A DNA stretch of 63,873 nucleotides, filler included, from Octopus bimaculoides (Eukaryota), in assembly GCF_001194135.2 (NCBI RefSeq). It is 4 parts of 2 records of this genome, joined end to end, with 100 filler letters (N's around TTAATTAATTAA, not from the genome) between each part and the next. Parts side by side here need not be neighbours in the genome. Positions count along the whole stretch, not along the records: positions 31,374 to 54,640 come from NC_068988.1; positions 54,741 to 62,328 come from NC_068988.1; positions 62,429 to 63,873 come from NC_068987.1; 1 more part is not named here. One strand, written 5' to 3'. The notes below the pieces were generated by a model. It was not told the origin of the DNA, searched no databases, and saw only the letters and a list, made by a program, of their open reading frames with translations. Numbering within the stretch: the stretch's first letter is position 1; every line of letters starts with the position of its first letter. Positions 52,287 to 63,873 of the stretch are shown piece by piece. The translations under genes were made by a program, and so were the position numbers.

Positions 52287-52629
52287 GTATATATGTATAT
52301 ATATGTGTACGTATGTGTGTGTATTTGGTGTAGTGTGTGTGGATATGTATGTATGTATGCGCGCATCTGAGTTGTAGGAGTATGACAACTTCAAATGTAA
52401 CTCAGTCAAAATTTTTGGCAATTTCCTGTTACCTGACATTTCCTGATAACAAAGATCAATCGTATTTCAACCACAATTCAAAAACAAAACTGACAATTTG
52501 TCACGACAGCTTGTATGTATGCATGTATGTATGTATGTATGTATGTATGTATGTATGTATTATGTATGTATGCATGTATGTATGTATGTATGTATGTATG
52601 TACGTACGTACGTACGTACGTACGTATGT

Positions 52630-52773
52630 ATACTCTTTTACTTGTTTCATTCATTTGATTGTGATCATGCTGGAGCACCATCTTTAGTCGAATACATTGA
52701 CCCCAAGATTTATTCTTTCTAAGCCAAGTACTTATTCTATCGATCTATTTTTGTCAAACCGCTAAGTGATGTG

Positions 52774-52775
<2 letters not shown>
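52630..52775 (-). mobile_element. SINE family A, 3' half
   Basis: CTTTTTACTTGTTTCATTCATTTGATTGTGATCATGCTGGAGCACC...CCGCTAAG. Confidence 0.75.
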
Positions 52776-52821
<46 letters not shown>

Positions 52822-52834
52822 CGTATACACACAC

Positions 52835-54080
52835 ACACACACAAAAGTCCCTAGACTAGTTCTGTAGTGGGCCATCAGGTGGCAGCACACGGAGATAGCA
52901 ATGACCTTCATGAGGCAATGTGCCAAGTGACAATGCAGTATTTACTTCTCAAGTTGTGAAATTTGTGCTTTTGTCTTCGCGTGTATGCTGTAGTCTGGAC
53001 AGCAAGTTGGAACAAAAGCATTTTGCGTTAAACCTGAGAAGTCTGCTACAGAGACATTGATCATGCTTCAGCCACATTACGGTGACTTGGCAATGGGCCT
53101 TACGCAATGTTTCGAATGGCACTGTGGTTTCAAACGTGGAAGAAAGACCCTGGAAGACTATGGGCGATCTGGAAGACATGCCACGAGCGTCACCCCCCAG
53201 AAATGGGGAGAAAATTCATCAGCTTGTGCATGAGGATCGTCGAACAATCGATGACATTGCTGATGTTATTGGTCTGTTGTATGGATCCATGCAGGGAATC
53301 CTAACATCTAAATTGAGCATGCGGCGTACCTCTGCCGTATTGTCCCCGCTTGCTGACTACTGAGCAGAAAAAACATTGCATCGAAGTCTGTCAAGATCTC
53401 TCTCAGCTGGCCACTGATGGCCCATCCATCATTTGACCGCTGACGAGAGTTCGGTCTACGGGTACGACCCTGAGACGAAGCAGTATTTGTCACAATGGAA
53501 GATCCCTTCATCTCCATGGGCGAAGAAGGAACGAAAAAGCTGCAGCTCAATCAAGCGCATGCTCATCGTATTTTGCGACATCCGTAGTATTATGTATTGA
53601 GAATTCTACCCCTACGTCGGGTCAGACCATCAATCAAGAGTTCTACTGCGACGTTTTGAAACGTTTGTGAGAAGACACTCGGTGAAAGCGACCGGGTATA
53701 TAAAGCGCGAAGAACTGCATTTTTAACTACGACACCCTGCCACCGAGTTCTCATCAGACGTGTGTTTCCCACCAAAAGTAATATAGAATCGTTTCCGCAT
53801 CCGCCCTATCCGTCAGATTTAGGACCTGCTGATTTCCGTCTTTTTCCCAAGTTGAAAATTCAGCTCAAGCGCCGCCGTTTTAACACCGTTGTCGAGATTC
53901 AGAGCGAATCATAGAAGGTCCACCGCTCGCTTACGGAAATCAACTTCCAAGCCATATTCTTAAAAGGGGCAGGACCGGTGTAGTGCTGCGCAAGGTGACT
54001 ATTTCTAAAGAGATGATGTTAAAGGTTAGATAAATAAGTTATTTTTTATCAAAGATAATTTGTCCAGGAACTTTTTGATA

Positions 54081-54082
<2 letters not shown>
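52835..54082 (+). pseudogene. Near full-length decayed mariner (DD34D) element, approx. 1.25 kb
   Basis: KSATETL.ML...CFEWH..FK.G, VPRLLT.EQK, TADESSVYGYDPETKQ, GQTINQEFY.DVLKRL, HPPYPSDLGPADF.LFPKLK, QGDYF. TIR remnants: left AAAAGTCCCTAGAC versus right reverse complement AAAAAGTTCCTGGAC. Confidence 0.9.
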
Positions 54083-54118
<36 letters not shown>

Positions 54119-54590
54119 CTAGTGTAAACATACACATATACATATAAATATATCGATATATGTATATACATATACATATAAATATACATATATGCCTATA
54201 CATAAATATATATACATATATATATACATATGTACGCACACACAGGCAAATGCGTTTCAAACCAATATAAAGGAACGCTACTACAGAAAATATCCCCTGG
54301 AGCCGATACAGAAGATATAATTTGCACAGCAGCATAAGAAAACGATACGAGTGATATTCCTATACATTCAGGGTTGAAGCATGTTGAGGTAACCTAACTC
54401 TTTATGCTTATTTGTTGGGCTATAACGACTATTGAAATCGTTCTATGGAATATATCGTTCTGGATGCACCAGAAATCGGATATTGCTCAAGACGCAGTTC
54501 AATACTTCTGAATCCTGAGCAAAAATATGATTTTTGGTCGTCTTGACCTTTCCCTTAGGCGAATAATAAGTGTGTCTGTGTGTATACATA

Positions 54591-54627
<37 letters not shown>

Positions 54628-54684
54628 ATATATATATATANNNNNNNNNNNNNNNNNNNNNNNNNNNNNNNNNNNNNNNNNNNN

Positions 54685-54696
54685 TTAATTAATTAA
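54685..54696. other. Artificial contig-join spacer
   Basis: N44-TTAATTAATTAA-N44. Confidence 0.9.
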
Positions 54697-54859
54697 NNNN
54701 NNNNNNNNNNNNNNNNNNNNNNNNNNNNNNNNNNNNNNNNATATATATATATATATATATACATACATATATATACATATATACATATATATATATATGT
54801 ATATATGTATGTATGCATGTATGCACTCGCACACACACACACACACGCTCATGTATATT

Positions 54860-55030
54860 TGTGTGTGCGTGTGCATCTGATGGGCTTCAACGAAGTTTCC
54901 GTGCACCAGATTCATTCACGTGGTATTGGTCGTCCTGAGGCTATGAAAGACCATTGTCCAAGGAGCAACTTTGTTAGAATGAAACCGGATTCACGTGATT
55001 GCAAAACAGAGATTCTTGACTACACACTCA
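54860..55030 (-). mobile_element. SINE family A, decayed 5' half
   Basis: GATGGGCTTCAACGAAGTTTCCGTGCACCAGATTCATTCACG...CCTGAGGCTAT...GTCCAAGG. Confidence 0.6.
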
Positions 55031-56039
55031 TGTTCANNNNNNNNNNNNNNNNNNNNNNNNNNNNNNNNNNNNNNNNNNNNNNNNNNNNNNNNNNNNNNNN
55101 NNNNNNNNNNNNNNNNNNNNNNNNNNNNNNNNNNNNNNNNNNNNNNNNNNNNNNNNNNNNNNNNNNNNNNNNNNNNNNNNNNNNNNNNNNNNNNNNNNNN
55201 NNNNNNNNNNNNNNNNNNNNNNNNNNNNNNNNNNNNNNNNNNNNNNNNNNNNNNNNNNNNNNNNNNNNNNNNNNNNNNNNNNNNNNNNNNNNNNNNNNNN
55301 NNNNNNNNNNNNNNNNNNNNNNNNNNNNNNNNNNNNNNNNNNNNNNNNNNNNNNNNNNNNNNNNNNNNNNNNNNNNNNNNNNNNNNNNNNNNNNNNNNNN
55401 NNNNNNNNNNNNNNNNNNNNNNNNNNNNNNNNNNNNNNNNNNNNNNNNNNNNNNNNNNNNNNNNNNNNNNNNNNNNNNNNNNNNNNNNNNNNNNNNNNNN
55501 NNNNNNNNNNNNNNNNNNNNNNNNNNNNNNNNNNNNNNNNNNNNNNNNNNNNNNNNNNNNNNNNNNNNNNNNNNNNNNNNNNNNNNNNNNNNNNNNNNNN
55601 NNNNNNNNNNNNNNNNNNNNNNNNNNNNNNNNNNNNNNNNNNNNNNNNNNNNNNNNNNNNNNNNNNNNNNNNNNNNNNNNNNNNNNNNNNNNNNNNNNNN
55701 NNNNNNNNNNNNNNNNNNNNNNNNNNNNNNNNNNNNNNNNNNNNNNNNNNNNNNNNNNNNNNNNNNNNNNNNNNNNNNNNNNNNNNNNNNNNNNNNNNNN
55801 NNNNNNNNNNNNNNNNNNNNNNNNNNNNNNNNNNNNNNNNNNNNNNNNNNNNNNNNNNNNNNNNNNNNNNNNNNNNNNNNNNNNNNNNNNNNNNNNNNNN
55901 NNNNNNNNNNNNNNNNNNNNNNNNNNNNNNNNNNNNNNNNNNNNNNNNGGGGGGGGGGGGATTGTCAGCGGCGCCGGTGTTGTTGCTGTTGTCATAATAA
56001 AGAATCATTTCATTATTGCCAATCTACGATAAAAGCCAA

Positions 56040-56113
56040 CTGTATCATCGTTATAATCACCACCACTATCATCATCATCATCATCGTCATCATCATCATC
56101 ATCATCATCATCG

Positions 56114-56145
<32 letters not shown>

Positions 56146-56177
56146 GTTTTCCGCGTTGTCGTCATCATCGTCACCAC

Positions 56178-56220
<43 letters not shown>

Positions 56221-56278
56221 GTCGTCATCATCATCATCATCATCATCGTCATCATCATCATCATCATCATCATCATCG

Positions 56279-56310
<32 letters not shown>

Positions 56311-56563
56311 GTCATCATCATCATCATCATCACTATCACCATCTTCTACATGTTATTGCTTCTCTCGCCCCCTTCAACTTCTTATACCGCCTTGAATATA
56401 TTTTCAAAATAACTGTTATCGCATTTAACGTCAATCTTCCTCCTCCACCTACACCTTACCTTCTTCTTCGTCTTCCTCTTCTTCTTCGTCTTCTTCATCT
56501 TCTTCTTCTTCTTCTTCTTCTTCTTCTTCTTCTTCTTCTTCTTCTTCTTCTTCTTCTTCTTTG

Positions 56564-56620
<57 letters not shown>

Positions 56621-56625
56621 GTTAC
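56040..56625. repeat. (CAT)n, (CTT)n and (ATT)n microsatellite array
   Basis: Directly visible; source of the poly-His, poly-Met and poly-Ile ORFs. Confidence 0.95.
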
Positions 56626-56921
56626 AAAGTCTATTGATTCTATGTTTCCATTATTCCACTTCATATTTCTTTCAAGTTCTTTACTGTTATTTGATTTCCA
56701 CTTTACCGGGGTTTTTTTATCCCCCACCCCTCTATCTCCCAATTCCCTATCTATCTCTACGTATCTATCTGTCTATATATCTATCTAGGTATCTATCTAG
56801 CTTTCTACCAATCTTTCACTCTCAACCCTGCTTATTTCTCCCTATATTGGCTTCTCTCTGTATTTATGTTTCAGTCTGTATTTCCATCTTGCGCTCTTCG
56901 AAACTCTAACTTATATAAGCG

Positions 56922-56958
<37 letters not shown>

Positions 56959-57529
56959 NNNNNNNNNNNNNNNNNNNNNNNNNNNNNNNNNNNNNNNNNN
57001 NNNNNNNNNNNNNNNNNNNNNNNNNNNNNNNNNNNNNNNNNNNNNNNNNNNNNNNNNNGTATATGCATATATACGTACATATATGTACATACCTACATCT
57101 ACATTTATGTATAGATGCATACCAGGGTACAGGACATCACAAGAAAACGTGAACAAAATGTGAGTCAGAACATAAACAGAGCACAGAAAACACACAGGCC
57201 ACATAGAGAACATTTCCTTCATCAGCTGCCACCATTCTAAAACACATGCATACATACACGCTGATTGCTTAATAAATTTATTGAATACTGTGCAGATTCT
57301 TTTTTAAGTATGTATCTACATACACTTACATACATTGGCATGTGTGTACATTTGTGTGTGAGAGTGTGTGTATGTGTGTATTTATTTATATATGTATAAA
57401 TACAAAGCGTGTGTAACTATATGTATTGATATATGCTCCTATATAAATTCTTACATACATTTATATATCACATGTATAAGCAGGTGTGTGTAACTCTTCT
57501 CTTTGCCATTTATTTTTTCCTTGGATTTT

Positions 57530-57562
57530 ACCCTGAGGAAGGCCATTGTCCGAATCGTTGGA
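57530..57562 (+). ncRNA. Degenerate hammerhead-like motif
   Basis: CC-[CTGAGGA]-A-GGCC(ATT)GTCC-GAAT-CGTT-GG: intact CUGANGA, the same extra A and CGTT as the 13312 motif; GAAA is mutated to GAAT. Confidence 0.4.
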
Positions 57563-58698
57563 TTTTCCCACTCCACACAGCAAGTCTACTGTCCACTTTT
57601 TATCGATTTGATTGCATCATAGAAACACCAACTACGTCGCAGACCAACACCAACCTATTTGGAGACCGTTGCGTCGTATATACATATACATTATAAATGT
57701 GTACATATATATATATATATATACATATANNNNNNNNNNNNNNNNNNNNNNNNNNNNNNNNNNNNNNNNNNNNNNNNNNNNNNNNNNNNNNNNNNNNNNN
57801 NNNNNNNNNNNNNNNNNNNNNNNNNNNNNNNNNNNNNNNNNNNNNNNNNNNNNNNNNNNNNNNNNNNNNNNNNNNNNNNNNNNNNNNNNNNNNNNNNNNN
57901 NNNNNNNNNNNNNNNNNNNNNNNNNNNNNNNNNNNNNNNNNNNNNNNNNNNNNNNNNNNNNNNNNNNNNNNNNNNNNNNNNNNNNNNNNNNNNNNNNNNN
58001 NNNNNNNNNNNNNNNNNNNNNNNNNNNNNNNNNNNNNNNNNNNNNNNNNNNNNNNNNNNNNNNNNNNNNNNNNNNNNNNNNNNNNNNNNNNNNNNNNNNN
58101 NNNNNNNNNNNNNNNNNNNNNNNNNNNNNNNNNNNNNNNNNNNNNNNNNNNNNNNNNNNNNNNNNNNNNNNNNNNNNNNNNNNNNNNNNNNNNNNNNNNN
58201 NNNNNNNNNNNNNNNNNNNNNNNNNNNNNNNNNNNNNNNNNNNNNNNNNNNNNNNNNNNNNNNNNNNNNNNNNNNNNNNNNNNNNNNNNNNNNNNNNNNN
58301 NNNNNNNNNNNNNNNNNNNNNNNNNNNNNNNNNNNNNNNATATATATATGTTTATATATGTATATATATATGAGTCCAGGCGGATACCGTCGATAATAAT
58401 GCAAGGCTACAATTGCAACAGTAACCAGAAACACGTGTAGGTCATTATATGTTGTATAAGATTATAAAATAAATTCTGTGGATGTATAATTTATACATAA
58501 ATGGCACTTTCTGTCTGGCGATGTGTCTGTTAACATGTTGCTCCATACAAAAGTGAATCAAATTTCATGAAACTTTGCATACATGTTAAACTAACATCCA
58601 GTTCAATTATAGGCTAACTGGATATCAATAAAAATCTATAATGGTCCCTGTAACGGTGTTGGGGTATTTGATAAAATGAGAAGGTTGCAGAGTGTTAC

Positions 58699-58840
58699 TG
58701 TGTGGGAAATGTGGTGGCATATTGAGTGTGGCTGATATCAGGGAAGGGGAGAACTGCGTTGTGTAAACGACAAATACGGAGTGGCAGTGGGCTGACAACG
58801 TTAATATGCCTGTCATACACGGATATACAGACAATGCTGC
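58699..58840 (-). CDS. Weak candidate exon (two open frames)
   Basis: Acceptor ATGCAG and donor GTAACA; unique sequence; frame unresolved. Confidence 0.2.
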
Positions 58841-59165
58841 CTGCATACATTCGTAAATACATAAATACGTGCATACATAAACACACACACATGCAAATAT
58901 ACGGAGAGAGCGGGTGGGTAGCTTTTCTGCTATCCCTTGCAAAAAAAAACACACCCTCACACACACACGCGCGCGCACACACACACAAATATATATAGGT
59001 TTGTGAGTGTGTGTGTGTGTACACACACACACACAAACGTACATACATTAATACATATATATGTCTACTATGCTCCATTCTAAACTCGTGATTTTCTGTG
59101 TACGTTTGTAAATGTGCGTGCATGTGTGTGTGAGTGTGCGCGCGTTTTTGTGTATATGCGCGTGT

Positions 59166-59238
<73 letters not shown>

Positions 59239-60239
59239 CATCTCTCTATTGTTTTAGGATCTTCTCTGTTGCTGTCACATATTGTGAAATTCTAAAATTA
59301 CGTCAAAATTTTCAAATTTGATATATTGAAATAATTTTCCACTTTAAATCCGATTTTGTTATATATTTGTTCCAGAAAAATAGTAGAATAATGTTACTGA
59401 GTATTAAAGTTTAATCAACTTTACCCAATCAGAACACAGAACACAGAAGCTGGCATTTTCTGCACGATAGTTGTCTATCACAAAATGAAAGCAAGATCAT
59501 TACGACGAGGAATTTTTACTAAACAAACGAAAGCAAATCATTGCGACGACCAAAGTTGTAAGTACTTCTCAAGTTTTAATACGTTTTAACAGATAAAGTC
59601 ATGTGAAACGGTCGAAAAGACATGTAAATAATTTTAAAAGGAAAAAATATCCTCAGCGAAGTTTTTNNNNNNNNNNNNNNNNNNNNNNNNNNNNNNNNNN
59701 NNNNNNNNNNNNNNNNNNNNNNNNNNNNNNNNNNNNNNNNNNNNNNNNNNNNNNNNNNNNNNNNNNNNNNNNNNNNNNNNNNNNNNNNNNNNNNNNNNNN
59801 NNNNNNNNNNNNNNNNNNNNNNNNNNNNNNNNNNNNNNNNNNNNNNNNNNNNNNNNNNNNNNNNNNNNNNNNNNNNNNNNNNNNNNNNNNNNNNNNNNNN
59901 NNNNNNNNNNNNNNNNNNNATATATATATATATATATATATAAAAGTATATGTTTGTATGTATGTATCTTGCGTATGGAAGGCCTAATCTGTTAGAATAT
60001 ATGTAGCTGTCAATGAAATATACCTATATCCATATTGTTGCGTGTGTGTGTGTGTGTGTGTGAGTTTGTGTATGCGTGTATTACTATGTATGTATATATA
60101 TATTTATATATATAAATATAAATATGTATGTATATATATTTGTATATATATATTTATATATATATGTGCGTGTGTGTGTGTATAAATATATATGTATATA
60201 TATTTATATACATGTATGTATCTATGTGTGTATATGTTT

Positions 60240-60445
60240 GTCTCTTTGTTTCTGTTTTTGTCCACCACCAACACCGGTGTTAGTTTAATTACGTCTCCGT
60301 AACATAGCGGTTCGACGAAATTTACCGATAGAATAAATGACAGACTTGAAAAAATAAGGACTGGTATCGATTTGTTCGACTAGGAACCACTTCAAAGACG
60401 TGCCCAAGCATGGCCGCAGTCAATCATTGCAACAAATAAAGGAAT
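60240..60445 (+). mobile_element. SINE family A, 3' half
   Basis: CACCGGTGTTAGTTTAATTACGTCTCCGTAACATAGCGGTTCG...CATGGCCGCAGTCAAT. Confidence 0.75.
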
Positions 60446-60529
60446 TTAAAAAATTATGTCCATGCACATTTGGCTTTTTTTAGGAGCCAATAGTGACGTA
60501 AAAAAAAATACCCTGCTAACAGCAGTTAC

Positions 60530-60577
60530 CCGGATGCTCATGAACCAAAATGGAGAGTCATTGCGAAGAGTATACTT
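60530..60577 (-). CDS. Weak candidate 48-nt exon (KYTLRNDSPFWFMSIR)
   Basis: Acceptor TTTCTCCTTGCCAG and donor GTAACT; phase 0 to 0; other frames closed. Confidence 0.3.
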
Positions 60578-61014
60578 CTGGCAAGGAGAAATACGTTGAC
60601 TTCACAGCAAAATTCAACAACTTCTCTGATGCACATCTTTACCAATATGGCGTTCATACATAAATTGAATGTTGCAACAAGAACGGAAGTAGGAAATATT
60701 GCAACGCCACCAACAACTCGTCTGAAGCACAGTTGCTATATAAATAATGCACGTTGCTATATAATACAACGGAAGTAGGTTAGTTAAGAAAGACACGTTT
60801 CAACAATAAGCTTCTACGAAATACACGTTCTTAGAATCACGATTCGTAGCACGAGTTTTCCAATTTCGTTTTCGTTTTCTTTCCCTTTTTACCATTTCAG
60901 ATTCCATTTTTCATACGTATATATACTTGCATTTTTGTATGTGTTTATGGGCATTTTGTGAGTTTGTTTGTGTGCGTGTGCGTGTGTATATATACATACA
61001 TTCATACATATGTG

Positions 61015-61054
<40 letters not shown>

Positions 61055-61310
61055 CGTGTGTGTGTTTGTGTGTGTGTGTGTGTGCNNNNNNNNNNNNNNN
61101 NNNNNNNNNNNNNNNNNNNNNNNNNNNNNNNNNNNNNNNNNNNNNNNNNNNNNNNNNNNNTATATATATATATGAATAGATATATGGACATACATGCATA
61201 GACAAAGATATGTATGTAGGTGTAGATATATATGTGTATGCCTGTGTCTGCATGTGTGTATGGATGCCGTTGTGTATTAATGCATGAATGTATATATGTA
61301 TGTATATATA

Positions 61311-61358
<48 letters not shown>

Positions 61359-61949
61359 CGTGTGTGTGTTTGTGTGTGTGTGTGTGTGCTATGTAATGTG
61401 TGTCTATATATAAATACTTCCCCCCACAAACACACATATATATAGATATACATATGTATGTGCATACGTACATACATACATACATACACACATAATTAAT
61501 TTTGGTTTATTAGGAAATCATGAACGAATCACCAACACCAACAACAATAAGAACCACATCACCACCACCGCCATCATCATCATCATCATCATCATCATCA
61601 CCAATATCATCATCATCGTCGTCTTCGTCTCTCTTTTATATTGTCAAATTATATAGGTCATATTGCCGTTACCATTCCACAAAGTTCGTATGTCAGTGTT
61701 CTTTTGCTTTTCTTCCATCCAAAAATATTTCTTTCTAAAAAAAACATATCGTCACATCTAAGATCCAATTATTAGATATTTTGAACTTTCAATTAGCACA
61801 TGATAAGCATTTTCGTGTATATATCACATGTTAACTGAACTATTTGAAGTAGTAGTAGTAGTAGTACAAGTATTTCCGTTGCTTGAATTACTTCCATTGT
61901 GATTATATAGACATACAGACCAGACTTTTCGTCAAAAAGTTCGATTTAC

Positions 61950-62045
61950 AACTATATGGTTCCGCGCTCGGTTCTACTGCGAGGTGACATTTTGAATAAG
62001 TACAACTTCGAGTTAAAAGCTCCACTCAGGAAAGTTGAAGTTTTA
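61950..62045 (-). mobile_element. SINE family A head fragment, decayed
   Basis: Reverse complement resembles the A-family head and the CCTTGGGCAAGTGTC region. Confidence 0.4.
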
Positions 62046-62068
62046 TGAGTGAATCGTGTGAAATATAT

Positions 62069-62142
<74 letters not shown>

Positions 62143-62207
62143 TGATAGATAGATAGATAGATAGATAGAGAGACAACAAGCAGATTAACACAAATAAGTA
62201 GACAGAC

Positions 62208-62250
<43 letters not shown>

Positions 62251-62372
62251 CAGATAGATAGATAGAGAGAGAGAAAGATTAGATATCTTTTTATTATAGC
62301 CACACAGGGCTAAATACAGAAAATGGACNNNNNNNNNNNNNNNNNNNNNNNNNNNNNNNNNNNNNNNNNNNN

Positions 62373-62384
62373 TTAATTAATTAA
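62373..62384. other. Artificial contig-join spacer
   Basis: N44-TTAATTAATTAA-N44. Confidence 0.9.
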
Positions 62385-62428
62385 NNNNNNNNNNNNNNNN
62401 NNNNNNNNNNNNNNNNNNNNNNNNNNNN

Positions 62429-62505
<77 letters not shown>

Positions 62506-62519
62506 ATACATATACATAT

Positions 62520-62700
62520 TTTCATCATGTTACATAACCATATTACGTTTGCCTTCTGTACTTGCATGGGTTGGACTAGTTGCCATGGTCTAAGTTATTT
62601 CTTGCTCAATTATCTGCCCTCTCGAACATTTCAACTTTGTTGTGGTCTCTAGACATGGATGCCCTTTCTCTAGAACCAACCACATTACAAGGCATGAAAT
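62520..62700 (-). mobile_element. LINE (RTE-like) 3'-end remnant
   Basis: TGCATGGGTTGGAC...GGATGCCCTTTC...CCAACCAC motifs, similar to 29680-29890. Confidence 0.4.
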
Positions 62701-63245
62701 AAAGAAGCAGTAAAGAAGGCTAGCAGTAAAGAAGGATAATAGTAGCTGTTAAATGAAAGAGTGAGCGATGAATAACAAGACGGCAATGGTACCTGAGGGA
62801 GCAGACATGAATGACAACTACATACTTGTAGGAGAGTGAGAGAAAGAGTGGAAAATATCCGGTACGGCCCGAATCCATGCAGTCCTTAACGACACAGGTG
62901 TTATGATAATAGAGAGAAACACTAAAGCGACTACATGCTTATTGATGTGCGCGTGTGCGTATGTGTGCGTGTATTCGCATTTGTGTAAGTGTATGACCTA
63001 AAGATGGTTGTAGAGGGGAGAGTATGTTGATATGAATAACAGTGGAGGCTAGCAGCATAGAGCAGTGGTGTGAGATGGCAAAAGAACGATGAATGCCAAT
63101 AAATGCATAATCTAAGGTGAGAGGAATGGGGAGTGTTGAGTGGTAGAACATCTGGGTAAAAAGGAGTGATGATATCGTGTACCAGAAGATCCGATATAAA
63201 CTATTGTAAACCATTGTTACACAAACATCGTGATTTGGAAAGAGG

Positions 63246-63296
<51 letters not shown>

Positions 63297-63389
63297 AGTG
63301 GAATACTGGTAATTGCAGAGGGGCGCAAATAGCCGTGGCATAAAGGAGTAAGCGAAAGGATGATAAAGAAATGAGATGGTATCTGATAA

Positions 63390-63734
63390 ACCAGAGGAAT
63401 TGCCGATTGTGACTCAGTAGGTAGAAATAGAAGAATAGCCAAGTGTGTGTATATGTGTGTATATCAATGTTCGTGTATGTATATATATGTATATATAAAT
63501 ATGTGTGTGTGTGTGTGTGTGTGAGTGTGTGCGCGTGCGCGAGTGTGTATGTGCGAGTGTATATATGTATAGTTCAAATTTACAGAAAACAAAAGACCAG
63601 ACGAATTGTCGATTGTGACTCAGTAGGTAGAAATAGAAGAATAGCAAGGTGTGTGTGTATATGTGTGTATATCAATGTGTTTGTCTGTATATATGTATAC
63701 GCATATAACTATATAATATATGTGTGTGGGTATA

Positions 63735-63767
<33 letters not shown>

Positions 63768-63873
63768 CATACATGGTTCAAATTTGTACAAAACAGAAAA
63801 GTGCAAAAGACAACAACAGTACAACAAACAAGGTGTACTAGTTTGACGCTCGGGAAAAACCGAAGAGTCCTTG
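63390..63873. repeat. Tandem duplication with approx. 205-bp period, containing internal microsatellites
   Basis: GAATTG.CGATTGTGACTCAGTAGGTAGAAATAGAAGAATAGC at about 63397 and 63603; GTTCAAATTT...AAAAC at 63572 and 63776. Confidence 0.85.

Noticed and set aside
54805-56412. 535-aa ORF and all other ORFs containing X runs
   Set aside because: Open only because N gaps contain no stop codons.
56016-56564. 182-aa poly-His ORF and overlapping poly-Met/poly-Ser ORFs
   Set aside because: Pure (CAT)n/(CTT)n microsatellite with no complex sequence or splice support.

Overview
Eukaryotic, AT-rich, microsatellite-saturated draft-assembly DNA with many N gaps. It is most consistent with a cephalopod (Octopus-like) genome; this is an inference from the SINE families and repeat landscape. 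Nearly all supplied ORFs are microsatellite or N-gap artefacts. Supported content: (1) about 30 copies or fragments of three tRNA-derived SINE families, here called A, B and C; (2) decayed DNA transposons: three mariner DD34D copies, one maT DD37D and one SPIN/Buster-type hAT; (3) LINE fragments: RTE, R4-like RLE and Penelope-like; (4) three degenerate hammerhead-ribozyme-like motifs; (5) scattered minus-strand exons of an unidentified multi-exon gene, best supported at 26611-26375 and 23725-23432, possibly spanning about 7.1 kb to at least 46.7 kb; (6) assembly artefacts (100-bp N44-TTAATTAATTAA-N44 spacers and sequence duplicated across gaps). No rRNA, intact tRNA or CRISPR array was seen.
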